A stretch of 40,203 nucleotides of DNA. It comes from Reclinomonas americana ATCC 50394 (Eukaryota). The DNA is taken from contig PS015104.1 of NCBI GenBank assembly GCA_048213135.1, positions 12,855-53,057 of the forward strand, given 5' to 3'. The notes under the pieces were generated by a model. The model worked only from the letters and a program-made list of their open reading frames with translations. It was not told where the DNA came from and did no database searches. A program made the position numbers and the translations under genes. Positions 11,869-23,700 of this stretch are shown in pieces (within the stretch, counting starts at the first letter, position 1; every line of letters begins with the position of its first letter).

Positions 11869-14075
11869 ATGTTCTTCTCTCCTCTCGCCATCCAACGCTG
11901 CGGTGAGTAAAAGCTTTCCTCTCTCTCTCACTCACTCTCTCTCCCTCCCCTCCCCTTCTCCTCTCTCCCTCTCCCTCTCGCTCACTCACTCACTCACTCA
12001 CAGGCGGTCCACTCCTTCACGCAAGCTGTCGTGCATTTCTCCCTGTCTCTCACGCGCCATGGTGATCGTTGTGTCTGTACGTCTCATACATGTTCATGTG
12101 AGCAGGAGTGTGTGTGCGTGGGCGAGGGAGTTAGTGTGTGTGTGCGTGTGTGTGAATGTGTGATGAGAGTGGATTGTGTAAACTCTCCTGAGCTGTTATT
12201 TCCATCTCGCAGCCGCGCATTCAGCGCTTCGTCACAGGTGGCACTCGAGCCACTTGACATCACCTCCAGTGAGGTCACTCGCTCTAGTGAGTCACTCGAC
12301 GTATTCGAGTCTGTTTCTCTTACCATTCTCTGTTTTTTCTCATATCCCTCGACACAGACTGGATGGAGAAGCTCATCGCTGCTATGCGTCGAGCCACTCT
12401 GTGGCACATGGATCCCACCACAGATATTCGCACCAAGACCACCGACATCACCTCTGCTACCTACATTGAGCTGGAGGAAGGCATGGATTGGCCGGGCACC
12501 GACTCGCGCGTTCTCTTTGTGCGCGACTTTTACGACCGCCTCTTCTCGACGTCAATCGGCCTCGGCGGTCTCGATCCCTCTTGCTCGCGACATAACCTCT
12601 ACAAGTTCTACATTACGGGCACTCCTGGCATGTGAGTTGCCGACTCATGTTGCATTTTCCCCCCCCTTGCACCATTCTTATGCATTCGTCGTGCAGCTCC
12701 AAGTCGGCGTTCGGTATGTACGTGCTGTACCGAGCGCTGATGGCCAACAAGACGATCTTGCTCTGCCATGGCGACATTCTGAAATACAGACCCCACTTGA
12801 TCGTTGGCGAGCGCGTCTGGGCGTCGTCGACGGAGGAGGGCGCTTTGCTGCAGGCGTATGGGCCTGTCGTCGACTTCTACCTGGCCGATGGCACCGTGCC
12901 CGGCAGGTACTCTTTCAAGAGGGTCTCAATGTCGCTCCTCATCACCTCGCCGTACCGCCTCCTCTGGAAAGAATTTGCCAAGCATCACGCCATTCCTCTG
13001 TTCTTCCCGACGTACAGTGCCGAAGAGTTGGAGCTGTTGCGGCGGGTGGCCTTTGCCGAGCAGAGCCCTGAGGAGGTGGCCGAACGTCACCGCAAGTGGG
13101 GCGGGTCGGCACGCGCGGTGCTCACCAGCACTAGTATAAGCTCGGAGGAGCAGCTCGAGTTGGAGTCGGCAGGTGCTGTTTTTCTGCCTCAGGACCTTGT
13201 GCGAGCGGTGCAGCTGGCCCACAACCGTGATGATGACAGCAGTGCTACAATTTCCCTCCGTCTTGTGCATCTCATCGTCAACCGCGCGAACTTTACGCTG
13301 GAGAGCCTGGACTTCGCCTCCACCTACGTGGGGATGATGCTGCTCGAGCGGTGGCGCAAGTCGAGTGACCTGGATGCCAAGTTGGTGCTGTCGCGTCTAC
13401 AGGCGACGGGCACAATAGCGTCGGTCATGTACGGTCGGGTGTTTGAGGACCATGCCCATGTCGTTTTGGCTGCCGGTGGTCGCTTCGAGTGCCGCGAGTT
13501 GGTGGTCAAGGGTGGTGGCGAGGTGCCGTCGACGGAGATAGAGTTGCCGCCGAGTTGCGTTCTCTCGTACTTTGCTTTGGAGTTAGTGCGCAGCAGCCGT
13601 GCGCTAACTTGGCATCGTCGTGGGTACAGGTATCGAGAAGAAGTTTTCCACAATACAGGAGGTGGCTGCAGCGGCGAACTCGTCGAACATCTATTGGCAC
13701 CCGCAGGCCGGTGCCTTCGCTGCTGTCGACTGCATCATGCACCCAGTCGGTGACAAGCAGGTGTTTGGCAGCATGACGACCAGCAACGCCAACCACGACA
13801 TTATCGCGCTGACGGGGGACGGCAAGGACGGACTGCTGCCCCTCGTGCGCGCCCTTGGCCGTGAGGCGGATGTGGAAATCAAGTTCTACTGGGTGGTTCC
13901 GGCGCACGTGTTTGAGCGAATGCGCACTCCTGGTGACACTGTCCACAACATCAAGCGGAAGAAAGAGGAGGAGGCCGCGACCAAGCTAGAGGAGGAGCAG
14001 AAGGACGTTGCCAAGCTGCGAGCGCAAGTGCGGCAGTTTGTGTTGCGCATTAACGTAGATCCAACCAAGAGTTAA
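11869..14075 (+). CDS. Crinkler (CRN)/RHS-type P-loop NTPase plus restriction-endonuclease-fold protein, about 580 aa, with a presequence-like N-terminus
   Basis: Exons 11869-11902, 12004-12061, 12213-12286, 12358-12631, 12697-13553, 13630-14075 sum to 1743 nt (581 codons) without an internal stop. Motifs: LFVRDFY, YITGTPGISKS (Walker A-like), FYLADG (Walker B-like), LLITSP, P.YS.EEL, KWGGSARAVL, FAS.YV, G.VFE..AH..L..GG.F, YWHP....F.AVD. The first three exons are less certain than the core (12358-14075). Confidence 0.82.
13554..13629 (+). other. Intron with atypical CGA|GTTGCGT donor (example of the shifted class)
   Basis: Removing these 76 nt joins EIELPP to SIEKKF in frame. A GCTAAC branch point and TACAG acceptor are present. 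Confidence 0.8.
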
Positions 14076-14112
14076 TGGCAGAATAAGAGGAAGGAAACGA
14101 ATGATACAGATC

Positions 14113-14113
14113 G

Positions 14114-14150
<37 letters not shown>
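14113..14150. repeat. (GTT)n microsatellite downstream of the CRN gene
   Basis: Direct run of gtt triplets. Confidence 0.95.
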
Positions 14151-14567
14151 CGATCGTTACGTGTCGTTTGTCTGTGTGTGTTACAGCGCCTATAGCTACA
14201 TGTATACATGTACATGTATACATGTTCCAGGGTACGGACGACTCTCATTCCGTGAAAGATCTAGAAGTCCACTTTGCAATTTGTGGGACACCACCTGCTG
14301 CTGATCGACGTCGCTGGTGGGGGCGACGGGCCTGGCCATGCATAGCGGATGAGCTCTTCGCAGCTGTTTACGTTGGAAGCTGTTTCGTCTGCAAATTTCA
14401 AATGCAGCCAGCATCGGACTTCGCGTGCATGTATGCTGTCAGTTGCCACCACCCCTTCAAGAGAAGCGCATGAGAGACAACTGCAAGCTGGTTGTCGGAT
14501 TTGTCGCATATGCGCGCGGAAAATTCACGCTCCACACTGCGCATCTCACGCACTCACTGGCGAGAGA

Positions 14568-14933
14568 ATGCTCGTTCGTCGACTGGCCTCGCTGGTGCAC
14601 TCGGCGACAACGCGATCAATGCTCGCGTCCTACGCGGCACGGCACTTTGCCTCAGTCGGCGACATGTACTCGCGCGATCAGTTGCAACATGCGCATCTCT
14701 CCCCCCACCAACATCAGCATCATCGTCACCAGCATCAGCACGTGACCAGTGCCACGTGTTCCCGCGCAGTTGTTGATCTGCTCAGTCCGGCGGGAAACCT
14801 CGTGCACACGATTGGTGAGTGAGTGTGATTGAAGTGGAAGGCATGCAGGTGGAGAAGTGAGGGATTGTGCAAGACGACGANNNNNNNNNNNNNNNNNNNN
14901 TACTCGTACGTACGTACGTACGTACGTACGTAC

Positions 14934-15006
<73 letters not shown>

Positions 15007-16606
15007 ACACTCTGAGAAAGGAATGTGCAAGCCACTCAAGCAGGCCTTCTTCTCTCCCTTCTCTTCCTTCTCTACTCTCCCCCTTTCCCCCATCAGACTC
15101 CCGCTGGCTTCGCGACCACTGCCGCTGCTCCGAGTGCTTCCACCCGAAAACGCTGCAGCGACTGGTGGAGACTTTCGATGCCGTGACGCGACCTGTGGAG
15201 TGCGAGCTGGGTGAATCCTTTGTGTCGTCGACCCCGGCGCTGCGCGTGACGTGGGCCGACGGGCATCGCAGCGAGTACCCGCTCGACTGGCTGCGCCAGT
15301 TGTTGCCTCCGTTCGAGGCCAGTCCGCATGCGCAGCAGTTTGCGCGACTGCTGGAGGCGGTGCAGCCGAACAACAAGGCCGCGACGTCGACCTCGTATCT
15401 GCCGTGTGCCGGCGGTGCGCCGCTGGAGACACTTCCGGGAGCGCACGAGCAGCGATTGTGGGTGGCTGCTGATGTGGAGCAGAACCCGCCGACGGTGCGG
15501 TACGACGCGTTGATGAGTGACGAGGGCGAGCGCATGCGCTGGCTCCGGCTGCTGCGCCAGTGGGGATTCACGTTTATCGAGGGCACGCCGGCCACACTCG
15601 AGGACACTCGTGAGGTTCCGTGTCTTTCTGTGAATCACTCTTCTTTGACACGATCCCTCACAGTTGCTACAGCTGTGCCTGCGTCTCATGCGTGGCGTGC
15701 TGCGTGACTCGCACTACGGAAGCTTCTTTGATGTGACCAACGACCTCAAGTTTGGCGACACGGCGTACACCAACCTCGGCCTGGGCTTGCACACCGACGG
15801 CACGTACTTTAGCGACACTCCTGGCCTGCAGTCGCTGCATGTCATTGAATTCCAGGGCACGGGTGCCTACAGCACGTTTGGTGAGTGATGAATTTACTCC
15901 CTTGTATGCGCGAGAAGTTGGAGTTGAATGTGCTTCGTTGTGTACCACAGCCGATGGTTTTGCTGCGGCCGAGGAACTCAAGAGAGTGGCACCGGAGCAC
16001 TTTGAGGTGCTGGCCACAGTTCCGGTGAGTCTTTCGGGTTGAGTGCATTCTCTCCGCCCTTCCAGTTCTCATCAGTTGTTGCGCAGGTCCCTTGCCAATA
16101 CGTCGACGAGCACCAGGTTTGTTCATTGCATGACAGCGACTGATTGTGTCATTTTCTCATCGCTCCCCTTGCGTGCAGCACTTTTTGGTGCACGCCCCGG
16201 TTCTCTCACTAGATCCGGCCACCGGACAGCTGGTGCAGGTATTCCGCGCCCTCTCTCCCTCTTTCTCCTCTTCTCTCTCTCCCTGACTCGCGATGCGCAG
16301 GTCCGCTACAACAACTACGATCGTGCTCCGCTCTACCATCCCAGCGTGGCCTCTGTGCGTCGCCTGTACACCGCCCTGAACGCCTACCACGACATTGTGA
16401 CGAGCCAAAAGGCCGTGTACAAGCTCCAGCTGCTGCCAGGCAGACCCATCATCTTTGACAATTGGCGCGTATTGCACGGACGCACCGCGTTCGAGGGACG
16501 GCGGCGCTTTGTCGGCTGCTACCATCCTCGTGACGATTACGTGTCGCAGGTGCGACGTGCCATGATGGGAATGTCGGCCGGCAAGTCACACGGCACTCGG
16601 CAGTGA
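14568..16606 (+). CDS. TMLHE: Trimethyllysine dioxygenase (Fe(II)/2-oxoglutarate-dependent, carnitine biosynthesis), mitochondrial presequence-like N-terminus
   Basis: Exons 14568-14814, 15097-15614, 15673-15880, 15951-16024, 16087-16116, 16179-16238, 16301-16606 sum to 481 codons. Motifs: WLRDHCRCSECFHPKTLQR, TWADGHRSEY, DTAYT..GLGLHTDGTYF.D.PGLQ (HxD), ADGF, RYNNYDRAP, FDNWRVLHGRTAF. The paralogue BBOX1 is a less good fit from memory. Confidence 0.88.
14901..15003. repeat. (TACG)n followed by (CT)n microsatellite in TMLHE intron 1
   Basis: Direct runs next to a 20-N gap. Confidence 0.95.
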
Positions 16607-16649
16607 TGAGGTGTCGAGAAGCTTCATAAACATTGGCGTTCTTGTTTTT

Positions 16650-19600
16650 TTATGCAGACTTCATGATCTGAGCGATTTCCATCTTGCGAATGGTGCGCAC
16701 AGGCAACCAGGAGCCGATGACGGCCACCACCAGCGACATGAAAAACACCGAGAAGAAGAGCAGTAGAGGGAAGTTGACCTGGAATGGTAGCGACAGGAAG
16801 AGGTCGAATTGGAGGGTGAGCGTGATGCCGATGATGAAGCCTGCGGGGTGGGGGAGGTTGGAGGAGAAGGGTGAGTCAATGCCGAGAGAGAAGACTCTTT
16901 GACCCCCGACGAAAGAGCGCCGCTCCTCACCAATGATAGTGCCCATCAGTACGGATGACATGATGAGCACGAGGGCCTCGTAAATGTACACACGCGTCAC
17001 TTGCGCGCGCTGTGTTGAGAGCAGTGAGATGCCAACACATTAGCCGCACAACACCGGCTGACGCAACACTCAAGCCGACGGCACGAAGGACGCCGAGCTC
17101 CCACAGATTCTCACGCACGTTGGCCGTGAAGGACAGCCACAGCATGAAGAAGCACAGCACCACCGCGATAATGGCCACTGCAAGCACAAACATGAGACCA
17201 GTAAACATCGTAGAAACGCTCACACACTGCTGGCACAAACCGAGATTGTAAAACAACACAATCATGTCGGTGGTCTTCTTGGTGCCGTCAATCGCGTCTT
17301 GCGTGTCGCCAATGCTGTTGCAGGCGACAGAATGAGTTCAAGGATCTCACACAGAGGATGGGGCTTTCGCAAAAAAATAAGACAAGATACGCAACGTCAC
17401 CAACTGGGGATCGACAAACACGCGAATGCGGTTCATGACATCTTCACGATCGAACTTGGTGGCACCGGGTGGCATCTTCACGACAAGACCGCGCATGCGT
17501 ACCAGCGAATCGACGCTGACATTTTTATCCTGCGAGGCGTGACAGGTGAGTGTGAGAATTTACACACATTAAACGCAAAAAAGCACACGCACTTCCTGCA
17601 CGGCCGCGAGGGTCTCCTGAATCAGTCTCTTGTACACTGGCAGCGAAGTGAGCGTGCCCGCTTGCAGGGCGCCCAAGAAGAAGGAGGAGAAGGTGAGGAT
17701 GCCTGCGATGACAGTGTTAGCCAATCGACACTCGCTGGAGCAAGCCTTCAGTACGAATGCTCACCTGGAATCTTCTCCGCCATGCCACGCGCCTCGGCGA
17801 GCGAGTAGATCGATCGACGCCAGCTACCGTCGATCTTTTGCCCGTCCACTTGCATCAGCAGCGGTTTCGAGGTGTCAATGGCAGTGAATTGTCGCTGTGT
17901 AACGTCGTGAGTGAGGCGCATTGTAAATAGGCGATGTCAAAGGCCACTCCACGCACCGCTGCCTCGGTGACCACCACCGCCGCCGACGAGTGGTACTCAC
18001 GCGCCAACTCTTGTTGCAGATGCGCGAGATCCGTGCCCTCATCAAAGCCGTTAATGTACAGCGGTGGAGCAAAGTCGCCTGCCAAAGCGCATGCGTGTGA
18101 GAACCCATATCACGCAGTGGATACAAAACCACGCTCTCACTCGCCCCTCAGCTCACCTCCCACGGTCGGCACATACAAGGCCTCCACAACGTCGGGCTTG
18201 CCACCGGTGCTGTTGTACTGAATGCCCGACTGCACCTCAGAGGGCATGTAATACTGTGGGTAGGCCACTTGCAAGAAGTTACTCTCAATGCCGTACAATC
18301 GCTGCACGTTGCACAACAGGTCAGTGCACAATGAGGTGCCTCACAGTGGGAGGCCGTCGCGGCGCAACATTCTGTAACCGAGGGAAACCGCCCAATGACG
18401 ACACATAGGTGCGCCGGACGTACGGCAGCGAGTCCATCGGAAACGTGTAGACTGCCGAGAGTGATGAGCGACGAGAGACTACATGTAATACAGCTCGTGA
18501 GATGACGCACAAGAGTAACCCAGGATGATGCCTTCTGTCTGCATGCGTTGCAAATCCACTCGCATGGAGTCGGCGTTGAGCGACGAATCAAAGGAGCGAG
18601 CCACAGCCGTCACATCGCCACCGCCCTGCCATCTAATGTTCTCGCCGACTGCACCGGCCATGAGCGTGAAGACGCTGCCGGCGAACACGCTGTGGGGGGA
18701 AGGGGGTGAGGGGAAAAGTGGGAAGGACAGGGGGAAAGGGGGAAGAAGGAGGGGGGAGNNNNNNNNNNNNNNNNNNNNNNNNNNNNNNNNNNNNNNNNNN
18801 NNNNNNNNNNNNNNNNNNNNNNNNNNNNNNNNNNNNNNNNNNNNNNNNNNNNNNNNNNNNNNNNNNNNNNNNNNNNNNNNNNNNNNNNNNNNNNNNNNNN
18901 NNNNNNNNNNNNNNNNNNNNNNNNNNNNNNNNNNNNNNNNNNNNNNNNNNNNNNNNNNNNNNNNNNNNNNNNNNNNNNNNNNNNNNNNNNNNNNNNNNNN
19001 NNNGCGAGCGTGAGAGTGAGCGGGTAAGCGAGCGTGAGAGTGAGCGGGTAAGCGAGCGTGAGAATGAGCATGCAAGCGAGCGCGAGAATGAGCGTACATC
19101 TCGTCAGCGAAAAATAAGTGAGCAAGCGAGAGAGTAACAATGTGAGCGCGTGTGCTTTGAGTGAACAAGCAAGTGAATAAGAACATGAGAACGTGTTTGC
19201 GTCACTGACCTNNNNNNNNNNNNNNNNNNNNTTACCCGCTCACTCCCACGCTCGCCTACCCGCTCACTCTCACGCTCGCTTACCTACTCACTCGCACATC
19301 CCTTCCTCCTTGCTCTCTCTCTCTCTCTCTCTCACTCGCAAGCTCGCAAGCCTCTCACTCACAACAAGCAAGGACAGGCAAGCGATCCTTGCCAACGCAA
19401 ACCAAACGCAACATGAAAGCAATGGCCACGGTGAACATGAGTGCCGTCTTGCGTGAACGCGGTCGATGACTCGCCAGATTCTTGCAAATCAGAGTCTGCG
19501 GCAAGTGGTCAGCAAAAGCCAAGGGCTCCGCATCTCACCCTCGCACAGACACCTCACCTCCAAGCGGCGCTCGCGACCCCACAAGACGCCCTTGAGCAGC

Positions 19601-22600
19601 ACACGCTCGAGCAGCGGCTGGAATGTTTGCGCAATGATGCACAAGCCGAGCAGCATGCCTGCGCAATACGCGTGAGAAACGAAAAACAAGCGTCGCTCTC
19701 CACCGAGTCTCCAACGCAACCCATGAGAATGAGATTGAGAATGGTGAAGAAGATGGAGTATTTGCGGAAGGTGAACGTCAGCGGCACAATGTAGTACACC
19801 ACAAAGCCGGCGGTGACCAAGAACAGCGCCAGAATCGTCTACAAGAAAAGGTGAGGCCACAGGCAAGGGCGTAGAGTTACTGTCTCGAGGGAGACGCAAC
19901 TTGCCACGGTCGCAATCCCATCTCCTCCAGCTTGAGCATGCGCACGGTGGTGTCGTTGAACGACTGGTGGTAGATATCCAGCGAGTCGCGCAGCGACTTG
20001 CCGAGAGCACGCTTGATGGGCACGTAGTTGGCCACCAGCGGCATGCAGATGCCCAGCACAATCGGCAACCACACCGCAATCGGCTTGAGGTCGAGCTCCC
20101 ACTTGAGTGCGGCCCAGTCGGCGAGAATCCAGTTCACCAGCAGCGAGGTCACGTAGGAGGTGGCAAGGCCGAGGATGATGCCGGGGATGGCCACGAAGAA
20201 GGACTGTCGGAGGAGGGGGAGAAGGGGGAGAAGGGGGAGAAGGAGGGGAAGGAGGGGAAGGAGGGGAAGGAGGGGAAGGAGGGGAAGGGTGAGAGAGGTA
20301 ATAATGATGATGTCTAGCTACGCGCAGAGCAGAGAGACAGCAGCAACCGAGTGAGAGCACTGACGCAGAGACGCAAAAATGTGATCCAGAGAGCTGCTGT
20401 AACAGAGAGAGCAGTCTCTACGTCGCGCTGTTTGCTGACATGCTCCTCTCCGTGTCTCAATTGTAGCTCCTCACTGTGTATCGATTGCAAGCTGTGTCTT
20501 TCATCGCTAACTTGCTCTTTCCTACTCTAGCGTGCCCTATTCGTCTGTGCGTCGTTGACTTTCCGTCTCAGAAGCGATCGTCTCCGTATTTCGCTTGCAT
20601 GTTGGGTCCAACTGCATCGCCCATTATCTCTGTCTCGCTGACTGTCTCGTGTGACATACTCGTCTGTGCGTCGTTGACATTTCAAATCTGCATCTTTCAG
20701 AAGCGTTCTTCTCGTGTTTCTCTTCAGCTTGTCTCTGAATTCAGTTGAATCACTGTTCTCTAAGTAAAACTGTGCCCATTACCTCTGTCTTGCTCCTCTC
20801 TGTCTCTCTCACACACTCTTTGTCAGTCACTCCGCCATCTCCCGTAATCACCTCCGAGAAAATAAGCTGGAAGAGAGCCTTGGCACGCAATCCGAGCGCT
20901 CGCAACATGCCATACTCGTACGTCTTCTCGTCGACCTTGCTGATGAGGAAGGTGAAGATGACGAGACTGCCGAGGGACACCAGCAGAATGACGACGCCCA
21001 ACAGCAGCTATAGTAGAAGAGTAAGCAAGCACGACCTTCTTGTCCCCCGTCGTGTCGCGGTCAACGCAACTTGGTCGAGGAACAACTTGAAAAAGTTGAC
21101 GGCAAACATGGCCAGCGCCACGGGGAAGGACGGCGTGGCGGGATAATCGTAGCCAACGTGCTCGTACACCTCGTTCGAGAGCTGGATCATGCGCTGATCC
21201 ATCTGTAGCTGCTCGGTCATGTAGCCGCTGAGGCGCTCCTTCCATTGCACCACCGATAGAAGGGCGAACTCCTGTCAATGCAAGGAGCGGTGTGAGAAAG
21301 AAAGGAAGGGGGGAGGGAATGGGAGAAGAGGGAGGGGAAAGAGGGAAAGAGTCAAGGTGGAGAGAGACAGAGTGACGAGACGCAGAGTGGACACAGCGAA
21401 GGAAGACGCACTGGGGACAGAGGAGAGAGGGGAGACGCAGAGTCTCAATTAATTTAAGGATGTCGTTTCCGCTTCTCACCTCCATGCGGAAGTTGTTAAA
21501 CACCGGGTCGAGTAAACTGTTCACCGTGAGACCCAATGCCGGCAGCAGAGGGGCGAACTGCGAATTGATGATGACGCGCTCAAAGTGCGCGCGGACGAGC
21601 GCCGGCAAATAATGCCAATCCATGACCGCCACGTTGCCGATTGCACCCGGGTACCGATTGTACGTGTCCTCGATGCCGTTGACGACTGTCCATGGAGTGA
21701 GCAAGGAATCCCGACGACAAAGACAAATGTGTCCAAATGCGGTTAGCAAGATGACAGGCGCACAAGCAAGCGCACTCGACTGTGCACAAGGATTTCTTGC
21801 TTTCTCCTTCTCTTCTCTCACTCTCTCTTCTCTTCCTCTCTTTGTCTACCTGTCTCAGCTCCCTCTTAGTCTCTCTCAGTCACTCCCAGTCTCTCTCAGT
21901 CTCTCTCCTTCTCTCTCTCTCTTTCTCTTTCTCTCTCTCTCTCTCACACACACTCTCTCTATTCCTCTCCACTCTCGATCTGTCTCTCTCAGTCTCTCTC
22001 CTTCTCTCTTTATTACTCTCCTCTCTGTCTCTCTCCTTCTCTTCTATCTTTCATCCTCGCTTTCTCCGCCCCTCTCTCTCCTTCCCCCTTCCCCCCTCCC
22101 ACACACACACACCTTTCACCGTGCCCTGCACATCCAGCAAATCCAAAAACGTGGGATAAAAGAGATCAAACAGCTGATTGTAGGTGATCTTGCGGAATTG
22201 TGGGGGGATTCCTGCAGCACACAGGCGTGAGGAGTTAGTTGTGCAATCCGCACGCGACACGCCAATCGGCGCAACTGGAATCGGTAATATTGAGCGGCAC
22301 TTGTGCATTCCAGTCGGTGATGTTGAGGAAGGACGCAATCAAGTCACGCGCCGCAGACTCGCTCGGCACTCCAGTCACACCGGCGCCAGTGGCTGCGGCG
22401 GTCAACTGTGGACCCGCCAACCGCAGTGCCAGCTGGTCGATCGGCAACTTGAGCGTGACCTTTTGCTTCTCCTTGATGCCGACGGTGCGCAGTGCGGTGG
22501 CGGTGAGGTGCATTTCGTACTCGTCGAGCACGGGGTACGGCCATTCGCGACCGATGCGCAAGTCCTGCGAGTCGCAAAAGAGTGTGTGAGGCTTGCATGA

Positions 22601-23045
22601 GAGAGATATGGGGATAGACGGCAGCCCACAAAAACCTCTTCGCGCGCCGTGTCCATGGGAAGCAGGAGGAGACTGATGTTGCGCATGGCGTCTCGCTGAT
22701 TCAGGACGACGGCCGGGAGCAGCCAGCGTGGAGTGGTTCCGTTCACCGGAGCCAGGCCAGTCATGCTCTGTCGCATACATGAGGAGGGGGAGAAGGGAGA
22801 AGGGAGGAGAGATGTCCTATGGTGACACGCAACTCGTTCCAACTGCGTCTGGTTGAGGAAGGGCAGAGCGGTGAGGCTCGAGGTGGAGTCGGGGGTGAGC
22901 ACCTGCGATGTTTGTGAGGCAGTGGCGGAGGGTAGTCGAGGGGGAGGGGGAGGAGGGAGACGCAACAATGTCCAGCTCGCCAGCCGTGTTCTCGCCGAGC
23001 TTGAAGAAGATGACGGGGGCGCGTTCGACGGCGTTCTCAAGGACG
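16650..23045 (-). CDS. FtsX/MacB-like ABC-3 permease-family membrane protein with two FtsX domains (5' end lost in the gap)
   Basis: 23 exons spliced in frame from 23045 to the TAA at 16650. It has two FtsX signatures, VDEKTYEYGMLRALGL and NVRENLWELGVLRAVGLSRAQVTRVYIYE, plus KNLASHRPRSRKTALMFTVAIAFIVF, many TM segments and large lumenal loops. Confidence 0.88.
19004..19295. repeat. 24-bp tandem repeat present in both orientations within a permease intron
   Basis: gcgagcgtgagagtgagcgggtaa copies at 19004-19095, and the reverse complement ttacccgctcactc.cacgctcgc at 19232-19295. Confidence 0.85.
20210..20290. repeat. 9-bp GA-rich tandem repeat forming an intron polypyrimidine tract on the minus strand
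   Basis: gaaggggga and gaaggaggg units directly upstream of the acceptor at 20204. Confidence 0.9.
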
Positions 23046-23700
23046 CTGTGGTGGAGGAAAGGGGGGTGTGAGAGGAGAAGAGAGGGGAAGGAGGGGAAGA
23101 GAGGGGGGATGAGGGGGAAGGGAAGAAGGAGAGGAAAGAGGGGAAGAGAGGTGAGTGTGGAGAAGGAGAGGAAGGAGTGGAAAGAGGGGAAAGAGGGGGG
23201 AAGAGAGGGGAAGAGAGGGGAAGAGAGGGAAGAGAAGGGAGAGAAGGGAGGGANNNNNNNNNNNNNNNNNNNNNNNNNNNNNNNNNNNNNNNNNNNNNNN
23301 NNNNNNNNNNNNNNNNNNNNNNNNNNNNNNNNNNNNNNNNNNNNNNNNNNNNNNNNNNNNNNNNNNNNNNNNNNNNNNNNNNNNNNNNNNNNNNNNNNNN
23401 NNNNNNNNNNNNNNNNNNNNNNNNNNNNNNNNNNNNNNNNNNNNNNNNNNNNNNNNNNNNNNNNNNNNNNNNNNNNNNNNNNNNNNNNNNNNNNNNNNNN
23501 NNNNNNNNNNNNNNNNNNNNNNNNNNNNNNNNNNNNNNNNNNNNNNNNNNNNNNNNNNNNNNNNNNNNNNNNNNNNNNNNNNNNNNNNNNNNNNNNNNNN
23601 NNNNNNNNNNNNNNNNNNNNNNNNNNNNNNNNNNNNNNNNNNNNNNNNNNNNNNNNNNNNNNNNNNNNNNNNNNNNNNNNNNNNNNNNNNNNNNNNNNNN

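Noticed and set aside
16239-16300. U12-type minor intron (GTATTCC... with a CCCTGAC branch point)
   Set aside because: The donor deviates from GTATCCTT and the branch from TCCTTAAC, and no other U12-like intron was seen. A degenerate U12 origin cannot be fully excluded.
17010-22966. GTTGCG introns as introner or transposon-derived copies
   Set aside because: Beyond the first 6-7 nt the introns share no visible sequence, terminal inverted repeats or target-site duplications, and their lengths vary.
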